DNA from: an uncultured virus (IMG/VR IMGVR_UViG_3300026478_000873)
Taxonomy: Duplodnaviria; Heunggongvirae; Uroviricota; Caudoviricetes
IMG/VR virus record: IMGVR_UViG_3300026478_000873
Strand: one strand, 5' to 3'
Length of the DNA: 64,000 bases
The position numbers were made by a program, and so were the translations under genes. Below the pieces are notes generated by a model. It was not told the origin of the DNA. It did no database searches and was given only the letters and a program-made list of their open reading frames with translations. Below, piece by piece: positions 1 to 8,632 of the stretch (position 1 is its first letter; every line of letters begins with the position of its first letter).

Positions 1-11
1 CGTTTCAACAG

Positions 12-26
12 TAGTGACAGTGACTT
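12..26. other. putative recombination site A (TAGTG-ACAGT-GACTT)
   Basis: Matches the 15-bp motif at 1636, 20277 and 20674; lies just upstream of the tail-fibre gene. Confidence 0.55.
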
Positions 27-62
27 GTGGCAAAACCTTTGTAATACACAGGAGGCAGCAAA

Positions 63-1592
63 ATGACTATCCCAGGAAGCGCAATATCTCTTCTTCTTGC
101 AGGCGCAGCTACCGACCCTAACCTTGTCGAGATCTACGCCTGGGGCGGTGGCGGTGGGAGCGGCTATGCAGGTGGATCAGGTGCTGGCGGAGGCGGTGGT
201 GCGGTTTACGCAACTGCTGTAATAAGCCCATCTCAGGTTTACAACGTCATTGTCGGTGGCGGCGGTTTAACAATGGCACCCAATGCAGGCACGGGCGGCA
301 CCGTGTCCGGCGGCGGTGGATTAGCTGGCACAAGTGGCTATGGCGGCCAAGGCGGCGGATATTCAGGGATTTTTATTGGCGCTGCAGCAACCCAAAATGC
401 CGCGCTTGTTATTGCCGGTGGTGGTGGTGGTGGCGCTTATGAAGGTGCTGCCGGTGGCGCTGGTGGTGGATCTACAGGTGCCGCAGGAGGCAGCGGAGCT
501 GCTGCTGGTGGCGGAGGCGGAACGCAAAGTGCAGGTGGCACCTCTTCGCATTCGGGTGTTGGCACTGCGCTGAAAGGAGGCGATTGCGGAACATCGGGAG
601 ACGGTGGAGGCGGCGGCGGTGGAGGCGGCGGTTATTGGGGCGGCGGTGCTGGCTCTGGAGCAAACCCTGGCTCAGCCGGTGGTGGCGGTTCTGGGTATAT
701 CAACACGCTGCAAACACTAACCGGCACGCTTTACGCAGGTTCTGGTGCTACTCCAGGAAATAGCGGCAGTTCTTTTAGAGGAAGCTATGGCAATGGCGGG
801 GCCAGCGGCGCGAACAACGGCTTGCAAGGTGTTGTTATTATTCGCTATCAAGGCACACCGCGCTATACAGGCGGGACGATCACTCAATCTGGCGGGTACA
901 CAACACATACATTTACAGCAAATGGCTATCTAAATCTGAATACGGTTCTTTTGATGCCATTCAAGACATCGGCAACTGCAGACCATTCCCCCATTCCAAA
1001 GACAGTCACCATGAACGGTACTGTCACGATTTCATCGACTCAGTCAAAGTATTATGGTGCTAGCGCCTATTTCTCCAATGGAAACTGGCTGTCTGTCGCC
1101 GCTTCAAACGATTTTCTTTTTGCAGCTAATGATTTTACGATGGAATTGTGGATTTACCCAACCACAAACGCTTATGATATCTTTGGTGCTCTGGGGGGAA
1201 AACTTGCGCTTGGCTTGATTATTGGCAATTCATATAACTTTTCCAGGGCCGATGGAACAATCACTTTTGCCGACGACGGCTCGGGCGGCATTGTTACTAA
1301 TTACCCGAATCAAAACTCAGTGAGCGGGCCAATGGTGGTCAACCAATGGCAGCACCTTGCGTTTGTCCGCAGTGGCACGTCATTTTTGATATTTAGAGAC
1401 GGTCAGCTTTTAAGCACCACAACTGTCAGCTCTTCCAATAATAACGTCGGCAGCAGTTCTCTCGCCATGGGAATTGGGCGTTTAACTGGATCAACCAATA
1501 GGCCAGTCACTGGATACATCCAAGATCTTGCTGTTTATAAGGGTTATGCAAAATACACCGGAACGTTTACGCCTCCAGGTCCCCTTACATAA
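63..1592 (+). CDS. glycine-rich tail fibre / receptor-binding protein with C-terminal LamG/ConA-like domain
   Basis: GGGGG repeats and GVVIIRY/YTTHTFT motifs; C-terminal DFTMELWIY...WQHLAFVRSG...GYIQDL...YTGTFTPP; GGAGG RBS. Confidence 0.85.
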   Translation: MTIPGSAISLLLAGAATDPNLVEIYAWGGGGGSGYAGGSGAGGGGGAVYATAVISPSQVYNVIVGGGGLTMAPNAGTGGTVSGGGGLAGTSGYGGQGGGYSGIFIGAAATQNAALVIAGGGGGGAYEGAAGGAGGGSTGAAGGSGAAAGGGGGTQSAGGTSSHSGVGTALKGGDCGTSGDGGGGGGGGGGYWGGGAGSGANPGSAGGGGSGYINTLQTLTGTLYAGSGATPGNSGSSFRGSYGNGGASGANNGLQGVVIIRYQGTPRYTGGTITQSGGYTTHTFTANGYLNLNTVLLMPFKTSATADHSPIPKTVTMNGTVTISSTQSKYYGASAYFSNGNWLSVAASNDFLFAANDFTMELWIYPTTNAYDIFGALGGKLALGLIIGNSYNFSRADGTITFADDGSGGIVTNYPNQNSVSGPMVVNQWQHLAFVRSGTSFLIFRDGQLLSTTTVSSSNNNVGSSSLAMGIGRLTGSTNRPVTGYIQDLAVYKGYAKYTGTFTPPGPLT

Positions 1593-1602
1593 GGCATGTC
1601 AA

Positions 1603-1629
1603 TTCTTCAATTACGCCCGCGCCCGCTGA
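1603..1629 (+). pseudogene. orphan 3' end of another tail-fibre gene (FFNYARAR*)
   Basis: TTC TTC AAT TAC GCC CGC GCC CGC TGA; F-x-YARAR-stop is a C-terminus I recall from cyanophage fibre proteins. Confidence 0.55.
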
Positions 1630-1635
1630 CCCCAC

Positions 1636-1650
1636 TAGAGAACAAGACTA
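1636..1650. other. putative recombination site B (TAGAG-AACAA-GACTA)
   Basis: Matches the motif; overlaps the recombinase TAG stop. Confidence 0.6.
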
Positions 1651-2499
1651 CAGAGTCGGCATTTCATACTCTTGGGTCACATTACAATAGTGTTTCCAAA
1701 TAACTTCTGAGCTATTTCCTGCCCAAGCAGCCACTTGGGCAACAGGAATCTGTGCTTCAATCCAACGAGATATTGCTGTATGACGAAGATCGTAAGGGCG
1801 ATAACGATGCTCGGTTAATCCTGCATTGTGCAGTTCTTTCATCCGGTCGTAAAAATAGCTTTGGTAAGCATAGCGATTATAAGGAAATATGTATTCATTT
1901 ATTTTGCTCACACCAGATAAGATATCTTGACAGCGATTATTAAGGGGAACCCAGCGTTTTTTATTTGTTTTAGTTGACCCTTTTAGACCATGCGTGAGCG
2001 TATAGTTTGAATGTACAAGAATTTTGTTTTCTTTGATGTCATTCCACCTAAGTGCTCTCACCTCTCCAGTTCTCATCGCCGTTTGCAGCATGAATTCAGA
2101 GTAAGCGGACCAATTAGAAGCGGGACGACGACCTCGTCCCTCTAAGGCAATTAAAACAATAGGCACTTCCTTTCTTGGTATGACAATAATTTCTTCATTT
2201 TCCTGAGGAGGCTTAGGCATACGAAAAGAGGAAATAGGATTACGATCAATTAGTGCAATATCTTCGCTAGAGGCCCATCTGTACAGGCTTTTAACATACA
2301 TTGCCACGCGCCTGCTTGTTTTGATTGGCGCCTGTTGTAGCACCCACGTCATGATTAACCGACCTTTTTCAAGGTCTTGTTGCGGACATCTCTTTAGCCA
2401 TTTATCAACAACTACATAATCCGAAGTGAGACTTGTTGGGCACAATGTAATAGAGCGTTCCTCTTTAAACTCAAGCCAGGCATCATACAGACTAGTCAA
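1648..2499 (-). CDS. tyrosine recombinase (XerC/D-like), no arm-binding domain
   Basis: TAMRTGE, TKTNK, PYDLRHT, WAGNS, KHY catalytic motifs; 283 aa; TTG start. Confidence 0.9.
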   Translation of the reverse strand: MTSLYDAWLEFKEERSITLCPTSLTSDYVVVDKWLKRCPQQDLEKGRLIMTWVLQQAPIKTSRRVAMYVKSLYRWASSEDIALIDRNPISSFRMPKPPQENEEIIVIPRKEVPIVLIALEGRGRRPASNWSAYSEFMLQTAMRTGEVRALRWNDIKENKILVHSNYTLTHGLKGSTKTNKKRWVPLNNRCQDILSGVSKINEYIFPYNRYAYQSYFYDRMKELHNAGLTEHRYRPYDLRHTAISRWIEAQIPVAQVAAWAGNSSEVIWKHYCNVTQEYEMPTL

Positions 2500-2574
2500 G
2501 AGGAAAAAGCAAATAATGTCGCTACAATACAGAGAAGTGTCCTTGTTAGCAAGGACTTGTAATATTTTGTTGCA

Positions 2575-3120
2575 ATGTTCGTTTACAAAGGACGTTCTCT
2601 GCCTCTCGACACTCCCCTGAACCTGGATGGCCTTCTCTTGCCTGCAAATTGGCTAAGGCTTTCCTCTCCAGCAGACAAGGCAAAAGTGGGCATCTCAGAA
2701 ATCCCAGATCCTCCATCACCGCCCGATCAACGTTTCTATTGGGGGTGGGATGATAAAGGACAAGCTATTCCCAAGGACCACGCGCAGCTTGTTGAACAAT
2801 GGTCTCAACAAACGCGCACTACTGCTAACACACTTCTGCAGCCCACCGATTGGGTGATTATTCGCGAGGCTGACAATGGCAAGGTTGCGGATCCGGCGCT
2901 AAAACAATGGAGACAAGATATCCGCATTGCTACTGGTGAGAAAATTTCCGCTATTCAATCAACAGTCGACACGCCAGCATTGGCCAGTTATATTACAGGC
3001 AGTGTTTATTCTGCTTGGCCAAGTGATCCCCATTCTTCTATTGGCGCTGCTTCTACTGATGGCGACTTGCCTGTTTTCGATGGCTCGCTTACAGGAACAA
3101 CAGATGCAGGCTTTGCATGA
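2575..3120 (+). CDS. tail-fibre assembly chaperone-like protein
   Basis: PANWLRLS...DQRFYWG...LLQPTDWVIIR...WRQDIR motif; position after the fibre gene. Confidence 0.7.
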   Translation: MFVYKGRSLPLDTPLNLDGLLLPANWLRLSSPADKAKVGISEIPDPPSPPDQRFYWGWDDKGQAIPKDHAQLVEQWSQQTRTTANTLLQPTDWVIIREADNGKVADPALKQWRQDIRIATGEKISAIQSTVDTPALASYITGSVYSAWPSDPHSSIGAASTDGDLPVFDGSLTGTTDAGFA

Positions 3121-3172
3121 GCACTTGAAATCCCGTGAAGGGAGCTAATATTCTATTTTCCATTGTTTCACT

Positions 3173-3310
3173 ATGGCAGCTAAGAGCAAGATTGGCATTA
3201 GCGGACAAAAGCTGTTCTCTCCCGGCAAGCCCAAAAAATCTCGGCAGGGAAATGGTAAAAATAGTAAGGCTAGCCATGGGCGCAAACTTCGTAAGGGGCA
3301 GGGCAAATAA
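3173..3310 (+). CDS. small basic protein, 45 aa (MAAKSKIG...PKKSRQGNGKNSK...RKGQGK)
   Basis: Below ORF-track cutoff; K/R-rich, resembles small cyanophage proteins; followed by a terminator. Confidence 0.75.
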   Translation: MAAKSKIGISGQKLFSPGKPKKSRQGNGKNSKASHGRKLRKGQGK

Positions 3311-3313
3311 ATC

Positions 3314-3338
3314 AAGGGCCGAAAGGCCCTTTTCTTTT
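3314..3338 (+). terminator. intrinsic terminator
   Basis: AAGGGCC-GAAA-GGCCCTT followed by TTCTTTT. Confidence 0.85.
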
Positions 3339-3369
3339 AGTAGTACAATGAAAGGAAAGCCTAATTATC

Positions 3370-4593
3370 ATGGGACAAATTATTGCAGGTGGTGAACAAT
3401 TTGAAACTCATATTGAAGCAGATTATCGTGGAAAGATTTTACAGAAAGGTCCAGATAGTGCAGCGGTAGATGCTTTTGGAAGGCAGCGGACAAGTCAGCC
3501 ATATACGTTATTTGACAGCACAATGCGCTACGACAAGCGCACAGATCAATGGTACGAAAAGATTAGTGGCAGTGGCACTTCCACTTTCTTGCTAAATGAA
3601 AGCAGTATTGCGATGACAGTAAGCACTGCATCTGGTGATACTGTACTGCGCAGGACAAAGCAAAATTTTCCTTATCAACCAGGCAAAAGCATGATGTTTT
3701 TGCAAAGCTTTATTGGAGAAGAGCCAACGGCAGGCTTAATTCAAGAAGTGGGAATGTTTGATGACAATAATGGCATCATGCTACGTGCTAGTGGCACGAC
3801 GTTACAGTTTGTCATTAGAAGCAACGTTTCTGGCAGTGTTGTTGAAACTGTAGTGGATCAGCAATTATGGAATATCAACACTCTTCCATCTTTAGATTTT
3901 GCTAAAGCTCAAATTCTTGCTGTTGATCTTGAATGGCTCGGTGTGGGAAGAGTAAGGGCTGGTTTTGTGGTTAATGGAGAAACTATTTATTGCCATGAAT
4001 TTGAGCATTACAACGCTTTAGACAGCGTATACATGCAAACGGCCATTCTTCCATTGTCCTATCGCATTCATAATGCATCCGCTCAAGATGGCAGCCGCAC
4101 AATGAAGCAAGTGTGCTGCAGCATCCTTAGCGAAGGCGGATATGAACCAGACGGAGCTATTTATTCCATCAACCATAGTTTATCTTCTGTTCCGAATACA
4201 TCTGGAGAGCGAATTACCGCTGGCATTCGTATGGCAAGTGGGCGTACTGGCAATGTAATTTTGCCTGTGCGTATTTCCACTGCCACTGCATCTAGTGACG
4301 TTGTATTGTGGCGCCTTCGCAAGAATCCCACTTCTATTGATGGTAATTGGATTCCAGCAACAAATGGACGTGGCAATATTGAAACCATTGCTAGTGGCAC
4401 GTTTTCTGGGGGAACAATTATTGATTCTGGATTTGTATCGCAAGGTACAGCAAATAATTATGAAACGCCAGTAGCCATTCGTTTAGCACTTGGTATTAAT
4501 GAGCTAGGGGAAAGCGATGTGCTTATTTTGACTGTGGACAGCGAGAGCAATGCAAAAGCGCTTGGGATGATTGGTTGGGTAGAAGTGGTTTAA
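3370..4593 (+). CDS. conserved phage protein, probably virion-associated
   Basis: 407 aa; DAFGRQRTSQPYTLFD, YQPGKS and DLEWLGVGRVR motifs typical of aquatic phage proteins. Confidence 0.65.
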   Translation: MGQIIAGGEQFETHIEADYRGKILQKGPDSAAVDAFGRQRTSQPYTLFDSTMRYDKRTDQWYEKISGSGTSTFLLNESSIAMTVSTASGDTVLRRTKQNFPYQPGKSMMFLQSFIGEEPTAGLIQEVGMFDDNNGIMLRASGTTLQFVIRSNVSGSVVETVVDQQLWNINTLPSLDFAKAQILAVDLEWLGVGRVRAGFVVNGETIYCHEFEHYNALDSVYMQTAILPLSYRIHNASAQDGSRTMKQVCCSILSEGGYEPDGAIYSINHSLSSVPNTSGERITAGIRMASGRTGNVILPVRISTATASSDVVLWRLRKNPTSIDGNWIPATNGRGNIETIASGTFSGGTIIDSGFVSQGTANNYETPVAIRLALGINELGESDVLILTVDSESNAKALGMIGWVEVV

Positions 4594-4740
4594 ATAAATT
4601 ACAATAAAGAAAAAGGAGAGCCATGGTAACGCCAGGAAGCTTACATAGAGATATGGCCGATGGGAGCAGCAGGCTCTAATATCTCAGTTGGTCCCTGGGC
4701 GTAATCCTGGTAGTATGGTCTAGTCGCCTCGTCTATCAAA

Positions 4741-4941
4741 GTGACTTTCAAAGACCAGTGGTACAACCAGCAAGTGGACCACATCTCAGACGCTCTTCAA
4801 GAACTTCTTGTTGATGATGACCCCGCTATTGCCATCAAAGGATTAAGCGATGTTATTGCTAGCTGGGAAGACTACCACGGAAAGGAACTTGCTAAATGGA
4901 AGCGCCTCAGGGCGCTTCTGAATTGGGAAGCTGGTACGTAA
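4741..4941 (+). CDS. hypothetical protein
   Basis: 66-aa ORF, GTG start. Confidence 0.55.
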   Translation: MTFKDQWYNQQVDHISDALQELLVDDDPAIAIKGLSDVIASWEDYHGKELAKWKRLRALLNWEAGT

Positions 4942-5311
4942 TCCTTAATTCTCCTCCCAGTGCCTTTACAGCCTCACTAGCGTCTGCTGGTGGGGCTGTT
5001 TCAATGAGGACAGACGGAACAATTGCGTCAGGAAGAGGCGTCACCTTTGCTTTTGGATAAAGAGAGCGAGCTTTCTCCGCTAATGCATTTGCTTTTGTTT
5101 CTTTTTCTTCTTTCTCCCATTGCTTTACTAATACCGCCGCTTGTTCATCTACCTTTTCCATTACGATTTTAGTTTTCCATTCTGCCCAATCTGGACGGCA
5201 ATACGCCATGAGCAGTTTGCACCATGGATTGAAAGCAAGAGAGGGCCATTGTGAAACGGCCCAAAGTCCTGCTTCGTAGCAAAGCGCATTAAACCAACTT
5301 TGCCTGCTCAT
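4907..5311 (-). CDS. hypothetical protein, lysis module
   Basis: ATGA overlap with the endolysin stop. Confidence 0.6.
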   Translation of the reverse strand: MSRQSWFNALCYEAGLWAVSQWPSLAFNPWCKLLMAYCRPDWAEWKTKIVMEKVDEQAAVLVKQWEKEEKETKANALAEKARSLYPKAKVTPLPDAIVPSVLIETAPPADASEAVKALGGELRITYQLPNSEAP

Positions 5312-6252
5312 CCTTCTTGAAACACGCTGACGTAAACAGTGCCTTGCTTGGTTAAAGGCAGAATCCTGTCACGTAGATCAATGTTGTGACAACGCACACA
5401 GCCATGGGTGGGGACTAGGGGTTGATTAGGCACCCATGCCCCAGGCCAACCATTGGCACTGCCACCGCCGTGGATCATAATTCCAGCGCGGCCATTGCCT
5501 GCTTCTTGATTTTCCAGTTCAATGAGATCGAAGCTGTACCAGCCATAAGCCATGAGCGTGCGATCATAAGCAGGTTTATTGCCTACTTTTTCATAGTCTT
5601 TATAGACGGCGCCAATTTTATACAAACCGGGAGGTGTGTCGGAATTTGTGGTTTTCCATTCAAAATCACTATATTGTCCACGAGCAAGGCATGGAATACC
5701 CCACAAAAGCTTGCCATCAGTAGAGAAAGCTTTCATAGTTTCTGCTGCATCGTTCACAATTAAATGCGAATCATTTGCTTTAAAGCCAAAATCTTGAGGG
5801 CGTTTTTTGGGGCCAATCATAGTAAATTGCGTAGTTTCTGGAGCATATTCCTTCATAAGCCTTGAAAGCTTTGCAGGATATTCTGGATCAGTGGCATACG
5901 ATTGCTCTTTAAGCATGCGTGCCGCTGCGTAACGATTGGGCGCATTATTGACGCCCTTAAATTGACGATAATCTTTGTACCATCGCGTGATTAAATATTC
6001 AATGCAAGCTGAGAGGCTAGGAAAATCAAGAAACCCAGCCTTAATTGTCACCCATTGACCGTCGTACCATTCTTGAGTGGTAGTTCTAGTGCCATCTCCC
6101 TTGAGACCCAGATAATTATGGGTGCCAGATGTGTGCTTTCCAAAGCCACTTTCTAAGCAGCATTGAGCTGCGGCTAATTCTGGAAAACGCGCACCATGCC
6201 TACGGGCCAGAAGAAAGCACGAATCCCAGAATGCCTTGTCAGAAGCCGACAT
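5308..6252 (-). CDS. endolysin: GH73 glucosaminidase fused to a YkuD/L,D-transpeptidase-like domain
   Basis: AAQCCLESGFG, NYLGLK, YATDPEY (GH73); TPPGLY...IMIHGGG...THGCVR (YkuD). Confidence 0.85.
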   Translation of the reverse strand: MSASDKAFWDSCFLLARRHGARFPELAAAQCCLESGFGKHTSGTHNYLGLKGDGTRTTTQEWYDGQWVTIKAGFLDFPSLSACIEYLITRWYKDYRQFKGVNNAPNRYAAARMLKEQSYATDPEYPAKLSRLMKEYAPETTQFTMIGPKKRPQDFGFKANDSHLIVNDAAETMKAFSTDGKLLWGIPCLARGQYSDFEWKTTNSDTPPGLYKIGAVYKDYEKVGNKPAYDRTLMAYGWYSFDLIELENQEAGNGRAGIMIHGGGSANGWPGAWVPNQPLVPTHGCVRCHNIDLRDRILPLTKQGTVYVSVFQEG

Positions 6253-6256
6253 GGCT

Positions 6257-6400
6257 TCACCCCTTGACGCGGAAAATCGACTTAAGCCCTTCCATCAGTA
6301 ATTGCAGCACATTATTGCTTTTCCATGGTGAATGATCAAGAATTTGGTCAGCAGCAGCAATAATAATGCCGCCAACAACAAACCATTCTGCACCAGACAT
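6257..6400 (-). CDS. small holin-like membrane protein, 47 aa
   Basis: MSGAEWFVVGGIIIAAADQILDHSPWKSNNVLQLL...; directly upstream of the endolysin; not in ORF track. Confidence 0.65.
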   Translation of the reverse strand: MSGAEWFVVGGIIIAAADQILDHSPWKSNNVLQLLMEGLKSIFRVKG

Positions 6401-6430
6401 GGCTGATCTCCAAAGAGAATTTCTTATAGC

Positions 6431-6640
6431 CTAGCGTTCTGTTTCTAAACTGCGCACGCGACTTTCAATGCCACTCATATTATCAGTGAGAGTATTGAGT
6501 TTTTCAGTGATAGCTTCAATCTGCACTGCCACTTTGGCTTGCTGATTGCCGACAGCAATAAGCATAGCCCCCGTAGAAAGAAGCATGCCAGCCGTTATAG
6601 TGGCCACAAAGTTGGCCATGCCTTCTTTGAAAAAGTCCAT
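6431..6640 (-). CDS. membrane protein with coiled coil (lysis accessory / holin-like)
   Basis: Hydrophobic N-terminus then heptad repeats. Confidence 0.6.
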   Translation of the reverse strand: MDFFKEGMANFVATITAGMLLSTGAMLIAVGNQQAKVAVQIEAITEKLNTLTDNMSGIESRVRSLETER

Positions 6641-6726
6641 GGGAAGTTCTGCAAACTTAATGTTAGCTAAAGCGCATTAATCAATAGGGGCTCGTTAGAT
6701 TATTTGCAGAAAAAGTAAATAGCGCC

Positions 6727-7209
6727 ATGCATAGAGCGAATGGTCCTGATGAGCTTTTGTATTCTCTCATTGAACTTCGCCCTGGAGATGCTAGACGCCG
6801 ATTTCGTAAAAGCATTTTTGAAGACTATCCGCTGCGGGGACCACTTGGACAATGCGCGTGCGCATATTGCGGACGGTGGAATGAGAAACTGACTATTGAT
6901 CACATTGTGCCCAAAAGCAAAGGAGGGCCACATTTCGCAAGGTATAATTTAGTGCCAAGTTGTAAGGCCTGTAATCTTTTAAAAGGAGCAGAGCCAATCT
7001 TTGAATGGTGGCGCCCCCAGCAGTTTTGGGCTGAGAAACGAGAAGAACTTCTTCTCTCATGGGTGCATCACAATAGCTTTGTCAGTGCCCATACTTCCTT
7101 GCAAGATATTGAAGCTTTTGCAGAAGAGCGCGACTATTACATTCCACCGTCAAAAGAAGAAGCCCCCATTTCTGGGGGCTTTTGTTATACAGAATGGCAG
7201 GCAGCTTAG
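6727..7209 (+). CDS. HNH endonuclease
   Basis: CAYCG...TIDHIVPKSKGG...NLVPSCKACN. Confidence 0.9.
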   Translation: MHRANGPDELLYSLIELRPGDARRRFRKSIFEDYPLRGPLGQCACAYCGRWNEKLTIDHIVPKSKGGPHFARYNLVPSCKACNLLKGAEPIFEWWRPQQFWAEKREELLLSWVHHNSFVSAHTSLQDIEAFAEERDYYIPPSKEEAPISGGFCYTEWQAA

Positions 7210-7211
7210 GG

Positions 7212-7592
7212 CTAGTCGATTGGACTAAAAATATCTCCTGAATTTGCTGCTGGCATTGGAAGATCAAAGCGTACACCTGGAATAGGGCAAACGCCATCTT
7301 TGCAACCATTGTCAATATTATTTTCAATGGCAGCAAGAGCTTCGCGTTCTTGATCAGTTTCTAAGGCAAAGATGAGCTGACCAAGATACCACTTAGCTTT
7401 CTCTAAATCTTCTAAGCCATTCTTTTGTTCATAACGCCAAACATATTTCAGAATGTTGCCTTTCAGGAAGCCGCGAAACGCTTCGGGCGTCATGCTTGCT
7501 TCCATGGCTTCAATTGCTTCTAAGCCACCGCTGGCATAATGAATAGGGCGCTCTACTGGATGGAAGGCTTCAGGAGCTTGTTCAAAAGGCAT
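7212..7592 (-). CDS. DUF3310 (SaV-like) protein
   Basis: PIHYASGGLEAIE...GFLKGNILKYVWRY..KNGLEDLEKAKWY. Confidence 0.85.
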   Translation of the reverse strand: MPFEQAPEAFHPVERPIHYASGGLEAIEAMEASMTPEAFRGFLKGNILKYVWRYEQKNGLEDLEKAKWYLGQLIFALETDQEREALAAIENNIDNGCKDGVCPIPGVRFDLPMPAANSGDIFSPID

Positions 7593-8301
7593 TACCATTT
7601 TCCTCAAATGCTTGGAATGCTTCTTTAAAGAGGGGGCGGGCCAACGTGGCCAGTGCTTGAGCATAACATTGGATTTCGTTTTGCGCATCAGGCTTGTCGC
7701 GCAATGAAAGGAAATGCAGAAGGGCTTGCAAACTACAAGTCCAGGTGAAGCTGGTGTATGTGCTCATGGGCAGAATGCCACGGGCCTGCTCTTTGCTTAC
7801 GCCTAGCGTCAGGAGGGCCTTGTAAGCCTGCTTCGCCTGCTCTAGAGACTTGGCATATTCAATCATGGCCACGTGATTCATGGAGGGCTCTAGAGGTCCA
7901 GCAGAGGCTTGCTTATTGCTTGCGCTTTGCTGCCTGAACTCACGAGGCATGTAGTAAATTTCGTCATCTGCTTCGCAGTAACGAAAGCTTTTCTCATTCC
8001 AACCAAGCTGGTCATTCGCATAGGTGCCACCAATCACATGCTTCCACCATTGCCGAGCAATAAATAGCGGAGCTTTCACTTGCCATTTCGTGACAACGCC
8101 TCTGAAGGGGCTGGTGTGCTGATGCTTTACCAAATAGTTAAGAAGCTTCTGATCCTTATCAGTCCATTCAAAAGAGGCCTGATCGAAAGACTGCCGCGCA
8201 TCACAAACGATGTCAAGCGAAGTTCCCATCCAATCGATGAGCCTGACAAAGCTAATACCGTCACAGAGGGGATCAATGGTTTGCAGCGGAGAAGAAGTCA
8301 T
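7582..8301 (-). CDS. thyX: flavin-dependent thymidylate synthase
   Basis: HTSPF, APLFIARQWWKH, NEKSFRY, EQARGILP, AQNEIQ. Confidence 0.93.
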   Translation of the reverse strand: MTSSPLQTIDPLCDGISFVRLIDWMGTSLDIVCDARQSFDQASFEWTDKDQKLLNYLVKHQHTSPFRGVVTKWQVKAPLFIARQWWKHVIGGTYANDQLGWNEKSFRYCEADDEIYYMPREFRQQSASNKQASAGPLEPSMNHVAMIEYAKSLEQAKQAYKALLTLGVSKEQARGILPMSTYTSFTWTCSLQALLHFLSLRDKPDAQNEIQCYAQALATLARPLFKEAFQAFEENGNAF

Positions 8302-8602
8302 GAACTAAAAGAAAAGGACGCAGCCTCTGGAAACCAATGATAGGCGCCACCTTTGTTTCTGCATGCCAAATAATGCGAGCTTTCGTTTGTTTTCCATCTT
8401 TCACGATGGCGGCAATAGTGCCGATCAGGCTAGTGGGCATCCAGCCAGCAGCCGTGGGCTGAACGTAGACAACGGTTTGTCCAGTGTCCCAAGTGTGGGA
8501 AGTTGGTGTGGATGGAAGCTTTCGGAAGGAAGCCGCACCTAATTTTTCGGCCTTCCTCCCATCATCCACTGGATAAACAAACTGCCTGCCTTTATGCTGC
8601 AT
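8273..8602 (-). CDS. hypothetical protein
   Basis: 109-aa ORF in the operon with thyX. Confidence 0.6.
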   Translation of the reverse strand: MQHKGRQFVYPVDDGRKAEKLGAASFRKLPSTPTSHTWDTGQTVVYVQPTAAGWMPTSLIGTIAAIVKDGKQTKARIIWHAETKVAPIIGFQRLRPFLLVHDFFSAANH

Positions 8603-8632
8603 CGCTAGGCTAAAGCAAACGACAGAGGAACA

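Noticed and set aside
63..900. Diversity-generating retroelement target or repeat expansion in the fibre gene
   Set aside because: Repeats are glycine codons; no reverse transcriptase or template repeat in the window
1648..2499. Interpretation as lysogeny integrase or prophage boundary
   Set aside because: Phage genes on both sides, no host DNA, no recognisable attP, repressor or excisionase nearby
4623..4705. Short ORF MVTPGS... and ACGCCAGG/CCTGGGCGT pairing
   Set aside because: Too short to separate gene remnant from RNA structure or chance
4721..4735. TAGTC-GCCTC-GTCTA, a TAG-N9-CTA match
   Set aside because: One arm deviates from the consensus and no partner site was found; looser matches are expected by chance
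7213..7227. TAGTC-GATTG-GACTA palindrome at convergent gene ends
   Set aside because: Lacks the TAGWG arm and lies within coding sequence; not counted, though worth including in a motif scan
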